64,000 bases of DNA from Balanoglossus misakiensis. Its lineage: Eukaryota; Animalia; Hemichordata. Shown here piece by piece: positions 55,101-64,000 of this stretch (position 1 is its first letter; each line of letters starts with the position of its first letter). The DNA lies in assembly GCA_040954595.2 (NCBI GenBank), contig CM082593.2, positions 186,001-250,000 of the forward strand. Reading direction: 5' to 3'. Position numbers and translations under genes: made by a program. Under the pieces are notes generated by a model. That model ran no database searches and was not told where the DNA came from. It worked only from the letters and a program-made list of their open reading frames with translations.

Positions 55101-55965
55101 GAAATTCAGCAAACCCCATTTATAGAGTCAGAGGCAATTGGGACATAAAATTGTCATATTAGCCAAATAGAAGCTACCAAATCCGAAGAAAAAATAACAT
55201 CAACAATACACTTCAACATATTTCTAAACTGCAGCCTCTTGTCGTGAATGCATTGATGACTGAGTAACCTAGGGGCAAACAGTAGTACCATTCGGTGGTT
55301 TCCATGGAAACCCGCAAGTTGTCATATTACAATGGCTCTGTAGCAGTACTCTAGGTACAAGTCTATAACATAGCTGTTCAAAAGCTAGAATGAAGGTCAT
55401 ATTGTTGAAAATATGAACACTGTCTGATGTCAGAAAACATTGCTGGAATATGCCATTGTCAATGACGTAGTAGCCTTAGCCCTAGCCATAGTTCTCAGCC
55501 AGCTTTCCTCTTAGTTAGGCGACAGAAAACTAGGGCTAGGGCTTATGACATATAGTCCCTGTTGGAATAATAGGAAAAGATTGGATTTGGAGGAAATCAC
55601 AGTAAAAAATTGGCCTTGAGTCTTAACCATTATTACAGGGTACTCTAAATGCATTACATATTTCATTTATTTGTGATGATCAATTTAAAAAATCTCACCT
55701 GTACAAGATTGTGTTCAGGCATTCCTTCCTTTATTCTTCCCTTGACTGCATGAGATTTCAGTTTTGTATTGCACTGGTATTCTTCCAAGTTGTCCTTAAT
55801 AATAATCGGGGCAACCTCATTCATGATGACATTTTTGCCCTTGTCATTTTTTCTGTTATCGAAGGCATTCTTGGAATTTTGATCATGTACTTTTGGTGAA
55901 AGCTTCCTTGAAACAACTGGTTCTGGAGAAACCACAGGCGTGGAGCTACTTGCACCTGTTCCCAT
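43151..55965 (-). CDS. PALD1: Paladin (PTP-like phosphatase-domain protein), ~879 aa
   Basis: 18 exons: 55965-55699, 52646-52467, 52224-52057, 48823-48584, 47889-47744, 47478-47367, 47195-47091, 46890-46795, 46623-46489, 46376-46260, 45973-45794, 45595-45542, 45325-45176, 45015-44866, 44439-44359, 44041-43901, 43707-43552, 43312-43151 (2640 nt). Myristoylation start MGTGASS, GAPNLRR...VYGMGQPT, NTREEPVIF, NLREDVV, FNCHDGKDRTTTAM, CSETMTPMHYH and YLERYIYLILFNTYLH. Confidence 0.95.
47933..48019. mobile_element. 87-bp piggyBac-like MITE in a PALD1 intron
   Basis: TTAA on both sides (47929-47932, 48020-48023), TIR CCCTTTCA/TGAAAGGG, and an internal inverted pair AGTCCAA/TTGGACT. Confidence 0.7.
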
Positions 55966-58900
55966 GGTGATGACCTGAAAAGATACAATTACAAATTTTA
56001 GCATGGTTCTGTCACACCTTTTTCAATGTTTCACTCGGTTTGACCGTAATATATCACACACTATTCATTCTAATAAACACAGACTTTTAATATACCAACT
56101 TCGAAAACTTGATTTGCTTTTGTCTTCAAGAACTCTATTATACATATCAATCAACACTGGATAATCGATGCCGAGGGCATTATATTTACCAAGCATTCAT
56201 ATGGATTAATATTTACACCAAAATGATTATGAAAAAATCAAAACAGTAATTAATTATCCCAAATGCTTTTAACAGGTATATTTACAGTGCCTTCAACTGT
56301 GACATTAGCTGACGTCAGTCCTTTTACAGAATTTGTTTTAGTAGTTTAGCAAGAGGTAATACGTGCACTTTGTGCACACTTATCAGAAAATGAATATGTT
56401 TTTATTAATCTTTTCTATAAAACACGTCCTCTTGAAAATATGCATTTCCTTCATTTCTCAGCAACTGGGTGATTAAGCAAAGTGATTTTAATAAAAGAAC
56501 AGTGACATCATAAATTTTCATGGAGAAAACATGCCACAGTCACTAGTAGGAACACTATTTGCACTTCCACAACCAATGCCAGAAACACACTAGCACTTTA
56601 TTGAACAATTTAAAGGGTGATGATCGTCTTATGCTCATGCGCTAAAACCAGAGACTCTGGTTACAGTCAATGCCATAAGGCAGTGTGCTGTCCTAACAAC
56701 AGACAAGATGGCGACGACCATAGTCTGTGTCGGAGATTGGGAAAAGACAGCAAATTGGGTGAAAAGAACGAACAAAACTTAAGTCAACTTACATGGTGCG
56801 CATGAAATATGGAAGGAAGCAAAGGCAGTCCACTATTTGAATGCGTTGAATGCATAATTTTCAGAACATTTAGATTGGACGTAACGTTCAACTTATACAC
56901 ACGAAATTAAGCAAATGCGCATCATACACTATGCTAACCATCCACCAAAGTTTTACCATCTACATCTGTATTTCCTTTCAACTGCATGTTTTCCATTTCA
57001 ACATAGATCATCATGGGAAGATCGCTAGATTTAATAGTTTCTACCCATCAACCTTGTTCTCAGTGACCGAACAATTTCTTTGAAATCTCCAGTTACAATA
57101 GTCAAGTAGATTTCTTTGAAATTTCTCATCAGATATTACCATGGTAACCAAGAATAACCTACTGGGTGTTTTGCATTGTAAATGTAAGTCTCTTATTCAG
57201 AGCATTATATAAACATGAAACGCTCACACGAGGGTTGGATGAATCTAAACCCTGTTTCATCAGTCTCAATGATAGCCCATTTTTAGCTTTTTATTGTAAC
57301 ACACAGACGGTGTCAGACAAACAGACATACAGACACACAGACAGACACACAGAAAACCAACAAGAAACAGATGCTGACTGCAACCAATAGCTCCCACTGG
57401 TGTACCACATCACAGCTAAAAATGAATGGCCTTACCAGACTGGTCATTTCATATACACTTCTCTTTTTTTCTGAATCTAAAATTTGTAAATCCTTCACAT
57501 CTGTGTCCAATTCAGTACTGACTACTGTAGTCATGCAGACTTTTCAGAAAAACATTCAATAAAAGCATTATTCAGGTTTTTTCTAGGTTCTGCATAAATA
57601 TGTAGATTTATGTTCAATAAAAATGCAGCATGATAAACACCCCTTCCCTTCATCAATTCAGTCATTTCCCATTGCTATGGCAACCTATCAAGCAACATCT
57701 GGCTGTAACATCGCTAAGGTTTATGATGACATTTCCTTTATATGTTGCCGTAGTGATAAGGTGAGTCTCTGTTGGTTAATCTTCCATCTATAAATAGCAT
57801 GTAATATTAACCGTCTGTAGAACGGCGATTGCTTTGCTGCGGACGTCGTGGGAACAGTCCTCACACTGGATTACATCATGAAAATAATCGCTAAAATCTG
57901 CAGTTTTAATAAAACAGAAATTGTTTGAGTTGAACAATAGTTAGTAAGCTTAATCTGTGAATGTTATCAATTTCATTGTTTTCAAACTGACGGTCATGTT
58001 AATTTCTTGTCTATCTCAACATCAGCTGTTGTGAGACAGATTGCAAGAAATAATGAATGCTGAGCGTTTTAAGTTCTTTCAAAGCAATTGATCGATTGCA
58101 CCATGTCTCAACACTTGCATACAGTACTTATCTCACAGTTAAATGCTAACATGAAACTTATTGATTAGCACTCGTAGGTTGTGATTAAAGTTTAAACTGA
58201 AACATGTAACAACAGAGATTGCGTTCCATGGTATATCTGAGGCTCACAAACACCAAGTCACCAAAGAAAAGTGACAGAGTTTTTCACTGGTTTTCCAGGA
58301 TCACATTTTTGTGTATGCAAGATTTCAGTGCATCAGTGTAACTCTTTTCTAATTCCAAGCAATATTTTATTTTAGAACTAAACAAGGCATTGTGGCTTGA
58401 GTAGTCTTACAATCAAAAGATGACAAGTATGAGGACCAGAGCAAGCTTTTATGCCCTTGAGCAAAACACTTCTCTTCTTATTCTTCTCCCTTTAAGCCGG
58501 GAGTAGTGGCTACCTCATCCTGTAAATGGACTGAATTCTCATTGGATGGATAAAATAAAAACACATTTAGTACTAGAGTAATATTAACAACTAAGTACAA
58601 TTATTTTTTGTTTTCAAATTAAATTTACATATTGGCACGTTGTAAATTTGATGAAAGAATTCAACTCATTTAACATACACTAACGATCAACAAATACAAA
58701 TTTTATTTTATGACAATTTATAATAATAATTATGAACTTACAGCCTTAAAATTAACAACACTCTGCATTGATATGAATAGATTTTCAGAAACACTTTAAT
58801 AAAATAAGGTCTGCCTCATAAATCAACACTTGGCTGACACGATCATGCTTTATTGAGAAGCTGTACACTACAAGGTGATGAAGCATAACAAGCCGATATC

Positions 58901-59063
58901 GCCATGACAACATATTAGGAAGCACATACAATCTGAGGTAATTCCCATCATACATACAATGTTTTATTTCAGAACTGAACATTATTTGCACGCAGTAAAA
59001 ATGAATTTCAATGATAATAGGTCACAACAACCATTTCCATGACAACAACCACTGCATGGCAAC
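49644..59063. promoter_or_regulatory. Cluster of RFX X-box-like motifs across PALD1 5' introns and upstream region
   Basis: 14-mers starting at 49644 GTCTCCATGGAAAC, 50335 GTTTCCATGACAAC, 50418 GTTGCCATAGAGAC, 53444 GTTGCTAAGGAGAC, 54309 GTTACCAGGGCAAC, 54488 GTTACCATGGTGAT, 55298 GTTTCCATGGAAAC, 57135 ATTACCATGGTAAC, 57671 ATTGCTATGGCAAC, 57744 GTTGCCGTAGTGAT, 58898 ATCGCCATGACAAC, 59033 ATTTCCATGACAAC. Confidence 0.65.
57436..57534 (-). other. Candidate alternative coding first exon of PALD1 (33 codons)
   Basis: ATG at 57534 reads MTTVVSTELDTDVKDLQILDSEKKRSVYEMTSL and ends at a phase-0 donor CTG|GTAAGG. This is in frame with the acceptor at 55974 (VIT-MGTGASS). Confidence 0.5.
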
Positions 59064-60318
59064 AATACAAAATGACTATTAACATTGTAATATGTTACAC
59101 TGACTGAATTTGAGCATCACAGATATCAGTTAATCAATTTTATATTTTTATTCCCTTCAATCTCAAATTATATATCCACTATAATAAAGCTTACTTTATT
59201 ATATCTACATGCTTTGCATGATATATTTCGAAGCTGTCTTTATCAGCCTTATAGTCCTGCCACTAATAATCCAATGCCCATGACCTCTACTCCTCTGTGC
59301 CATTCAGAAATTATTTTCACGAGAGACGTGGTGTATTTTGCGGAAATAGCCAGTTAAACTACAGAAGAATGCTTTGCATCGCAAGAGAAAATAACTCCTG
59401 TTCAACACAGCTTGTGTACAGAGGTCATGCAGGTCTATTGTTATTGCAAATATTCCCTCAGATTGGATGAAAATAGTTTTAGCTACAAAGCCTTGATTTT
59501 CAGAGCAGCAATTCACCAGTGTTGACATTAAACCCTGAGATGAGTTAATTGATCAAGCTGTGCAGCTAATGTTATGCAAAGTGAGGTTATGTTGGGTCAA
59601 TTCCTCTTTTGTTCATCTCTCGATTTTCAGATTACATCATCAATACATCTTTGGTGAAAATCGATAATTTTTGCTCAGTGTTCCACAATACACACTGCCA
59701 ATTAATATTTGTTCTTCTGACAATAATGATCATTGTGTAAATTGGTAAAATAAATCAAATCTGCAAATATATTCAACCACTAGTTTAATTGATCACAATG
59801 TAATTAAAATTTAGCTGTAGAGAAAGGCAGCATCTTTATCTATGCTTGGTCTCATCTGCCACCCTTCTCCACAGCATTTCTAGCTGTGTTTACTTTACTT
59901 GTTTTTCATTTTATATTGTAAAATGGTTATCTTATAAGCATGGGCACTGGTTCACTCGATAAATTTGTCTGGTTTTACATTTACAGCTATGTGCTATTTT
60001 CCCATATTGAACTGGAGAACATCAACTCTGTCAGACCTTTAGGGAAAGAAGCTTTATTTGTTAACAAACCCAATGAAAACGAGCCAAACAGTACTAGCTC
60101 TATTGTACTACCTGAGAATCAGGCTATACTGGTCTTTTCAAACTCTAAATGGCCTCATCAGCAACTTCTGTCTCACCAAACACTAATATCTGGTTAACTA
60201 GACTACTGCGATTAAAAAATAACTCCTGAATGTCAAGAGTGTGTAAATCTTCTGCTCACTCTACCATGAAATTTTGGAAAATGCAATGATGCTAATTTTA
60301 GAATAAAGAACTGAAAAG

Positions 60319-60992
60319 CACTTACAAAAATATCTTTTAGGATTCCTATAGGACCTTTATGAATCCTTTAGGATCCTTTAGGACTCCTATAAGAATAATG
60401 TGGATCCTTCGGGAATCCTATAGAACCCCATGAGAATCCTTTAGAGATCTTAAAGGATTTGTTGTGATCCTTTAGGAATCTTTTGGGGCTAACATTCCTT
60501 TAGAAATATCCTATAAGAATCCTAAAGGATTTTTCTTGTGTGTACAAGTGGGATGGAAGTTGTGTGCGGTCGACCGTTGATTTCTGTCATCTGCAAACTT
60601 CTCTCTGTTAATTTTAGTAACTAACTTTTAAGTTTTGGTGTACCTATAATATCAGAATCATACAGAATTCTTTAGATAATTCTATTAAAATTCCTTGAGG
60701 AAAACCATGACATTCTTAAAAGATTCTTATAGGAATCCTATTGAAATCCTTTAGGAACCCTATTGAAGACCTAAAGGATGGGACTCCTTTAAGGATTCAG
60801 GGTTCATATAGGAAACCTTCAGGAGCCCTTAAAGAATTCTCCTATAGGAATTCTTCAGGAATTCTTAAAGGATTCTTTTTAGGATTCCTTTAAGAAAGGT
60901 GCCAAAATGTTATAAGACTACCCAATAGGAATCCTATAGGATAGTCCTATAAGATAATCTTATAGGAATCCTATGGGATATTTTTGTAAGGG
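60319..60992. mobile_element. Non-autonomous CMC/EnSpm(CACTA)-like element with subterminal repeats
   Basis: ~32-bp imperfect TIRs (left CACTTACAAAAATATCttttAGGATTCCTATA; right reverse complement CCCTTACAAAAATATCccatAGGATTCCTATA) and a 2-bp TSD AG (60317-60318, 60993-60994). Both arms are built from many AGGA(A/T)TCCT(A/T)TAGG-type units around a non-repetitive core (~60540-60700). Confidence 0.75.
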
Positions 60993-61705
60993 AGGTTTCA
61001 GACAATCAGACAATAATTTTTTCATTAAAATGTTTTTATGGCATAAGTTCTAGATACCAGAGTATATATTACTGATTCAAATATACATAAAATACCACCA
61101 AACATGTTGTTAGATCATTTTTTACCAAAAAGGCACATCACTATTCCTGTCATGTTTCAAACCTTTGGCTTTTTTGTCAAATTTTAAGTCATATAGTTCA
61201 AAACCCATCCAATGATGCTAATTCCGTCAATAGATATTCAACATCATCCTCCTACCTTTCATCAAACTTTTATTCAAAACTGAATATCAAAATGTAGCAA
61301 ATGACATCTCATTGAAATTACTTTTTTCTTATGAATAGATATTTCTAAGCTTTCTCAGCAATGTGAATATAATTTTGAAGTCGTGCAAAACCGCAGGATG
61401 CTGAGAAAATATGCCATTTGTACAAAAGGTCCAACTTTACCATAGAAAACTGTTGATAAAGATAGTCTTACATTTGGTCATCATCCACCCATTAAAAATT
61501 AACGATCTTCACACCATGGCTTCTATCAAGTCAGGGTTAAAGTTTCAAATGGTTATTTGCGTATCCTAAATTTACACTGTTTCAATATATTATTATTATG
61601 TAATTTATAGGCTACGTCAGATTACACGTATACCAGGAGGTAATCGGTTGAACTTGTTGTTTATCAGAATAAAAGAGTCCCGTTTGCGACACCGCCCTAC
61701 ATGTG

Positions 61706-61780
61706 GTTGCAATGTACATGTATGTTGATTGTTGCAATGTACATGTATGTTGATTGTTGCAATGTACATGTATGTTGATT
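61706..61780. repeat. Perfect 25-bp tandem repeat, three copies
   Basis: GTTGCAATGTACATGTATGTTGATT at 61706, 61731 and 61756. Confidence 0.95.
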
Positions 61781-62697
61781 AGCGACTGCATATAATATTA
61801 TGTTACATGAAACATTAAATCTGGTCCAGACATATAGAATTATAATATATGTGTAAATAATTCACCATAGTATCGATAATCCAAGGTTCTGGGATTTTAA
61901 ATGGCGTTAAATATGTTGGTAGCAAATCCGAACGATCGCATTTCCCTCACACAGCAGAACGCAGATCAAATGCATCATTTTAGATTTGGCTAAATTACTG
62001 TGAATAATTTGGTTGTGACAGCGTGATATCGTACTTCAGGTATATGATAGTCTCTTGTACGTGAAGATATAAGTATTTCATTTCATATCTTGGGTTTAAT
62101 TCGCTATTTTCACGTATTTTTCATTCACTAAAAAGTGGGGCCGTCATTATGAAATATTGATGTTTTGACATACTATATTAACCCCGCATTAGCCCTGTTT
62201 GCTTACACCGATAGAACATTTCGTCCAAGTTAAGTGTTTGACTGAAACGGCGAGCAAATATTTGAACTGCCTCGTATTTTACTGAATATCGTATGAGGTG
62301 AACGATGTTGCTGACAAGCTATGTGGCCTGTGCGAATGTTTACATGAGTTTGATGATCGAGAGACCTTTTTTTGACAGGCTATACAATGTGGTAACCTTG
62401 GATCCACGCAGCGCACTGAGCTGAGATTTCATCAACCCAGGCGATGGAGACACACAATTTCGAGTTCAATTGTCGCAGTGAGTGACCAAGGTTCTGTCAT
62501 ATAATTCAGAGGGAGACAGACAAAATAGATGCTACAAAAGAATATCAGTAAATTTATGTTGTTGCTTAGCAATGGGATGTGCGTTGAGAGACGGGAGCGT
62601 ACTAAAAGACTGTGTATAGGGCTTCTAAACCGAGGCCCTTTCACTGTCGTTGATGGGAGACACTATAACCATCTTTACAGCTTAATATTGTACTCAC

Positions 62698-62935
62698 CTT
62701 TTGGAAATTTAAACTCAACAGTTGACCGGATGCTTGTTGAAATGTCACTGAACCATTCTCCTTGCTGTCTGGACGGGTCACGCCGAATAAAATCCAAAAC
62801 AAAGCGATGAAATATCGGCATAGAAGTACGCGAGGTGCTGACGGTCGAACTCCCGTTTTCTAGTTCGTGTGTGAAAAGCGCCCACATACACTTCCAAACA
62901 TATCTTGTATGAACGCGTAATATAAGCCAATCAAC
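62698..62935 (-). other. Candidate distal promoter and first exon of PALD1
   Basis: Strong minus-strand donor AAG|GTGAGT at 62698/62697, locally CpG-richer sequence, a GC-box-like CGCCC (~62879) and CCAAT (62927). The ATG at 62821 would be out of frame with paladin if spliced to 55974, so it would be a uORF. Confidence 0.35.
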
Positions 62936-64000
62936 GCAAAGAACAAGACCCCTTGAGGGCCCATAATTATGAATAATATATAAGCACATAGATATTATGC
63001 GTCGCATGTATATACTGCGGTACTATCGATCACTTTTTTTATTTCATCTATTTATTAGATAATATAGCTATTGCGGCGTGGGAGTAAACTGGTTTCTAAT
63101 TTATCCCGACACGCAGTACAGAAGGCTGTCTTGTTCGGAATAGCCACTTCCAGGCATGCGAACAGCTGCTGGTGTTACGGACCTTTTGACCAGCAGAGTT
63201 CGTCGCCTGCACTTTGCACATAGCATATTAAATTTCCTCATAAATTTCGCAATTATCACAATTGTGTAGTTTCAAAACAAAGGAACGTTAATAGCATCTT
63301 TTCCAGGCCATATATAGTTGATATGTTGTACGAGCTGCTCTATCAAGAACATTAGAGCTAAAGTTTACCCGTTTACGTTCGTGTAGGCCTACTCTTTGAA
63401 GAAAAAAATATCTTGGGACATGTTTAATTATTTCCATCCAATGTCTAGGAACAAGCCTGTATTCAGACTTTATAAACCCAAGCCCGGCTTATTTCAGAAA
63501 AGCGTTTTTCCCCAGTATGTTCCAGTAAAGTTTCCATCTTAGTTTTTTTTGTAAAGTTTCCTTCATATTTTTGTGAGCTTGGTATATACCTCGGAATAGT
63601 AACCTTTATCCAAAATTGACACGCGCAGGTATCGATCGTTTAAAAAAGGTTCTGGTGTAGTTAGTTTTACATCATAGCATTAATCTTCGGAACTTGTGGA
63701 GAAATTACCCAAGCAACAATTGGCAACTTCGAATGGACGAGTGGGTACGTCTATGATTTCACTGTACGAATTTGAAATAAGGTTATTTGTTGATTTTTCC
63801 CGACATGGTAGAAATTTGTTTCATAAAATGATGGATTTAGCCAATATTTCCATTTTATCATACTTAATATCATCGAATCATTTAGAAATATACGTACGTG
63901 TTTGCAGTATATGGTCTTTCTGATTCTGGAAAATATTTTTCCCACTGGCAGCGAGGAATCCAAAAATTCGCATTCAGTTACTACAAATTGAAAACTATCT

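Noticed and set aside
61706-61780. 25-bp direct repeats considered as a CRISPR-like array
   Set aside because: There are no spacers and no cas genes, and the context is eukaryotic; it is an ordinary minisatellite.

Overview
AT-rich, intron-rich animal genomic DNA. A marine invertebrate deuterostome such as a hemichordate is plausible, but this is inferred from gene content and style and is not proven. I found no prokaryotic features, rRNA, tRNA or CRISPR. Manual splicing with frame and phase checks gives ten protein-coding genes: KAT8/MOF (-, runs off the left edge), a clan-2 CYP17-like P450 (+), TMEM175 (-, 20 coding exons), two head-to-head secreted SOD3-fold genes that both lack most metal ligands (-/+), testican/SPOCK (-), an intronless-CDS double-domain GT31 beta-1,3-glycosyltransferase (-), a four-saposin precursor without SapA domains (+), an SLC35D-family nucleotide-sugar transporter (+) and paladin/PALD1 (-). 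There are also three non-autonomous DNA-transposon insertions with TIRs and TSDs, plus simple repeats. Best leads: (1) the divergently transcribed pseudo-SOD pair; (2) a paladin locus whose first-domain catalytic Cys is replaced by Gly, with a dense cluster of RFX X-box motifs and candidate in-frame alternative first exons that would remove the N-myristoylation signal; (3) the tandem GT31 enzyme; (4) the SapA-less saposin polyprotein. All gene models are hand-built and need RNA-seq confirmation. Human residue numbers and map positions are from memory.
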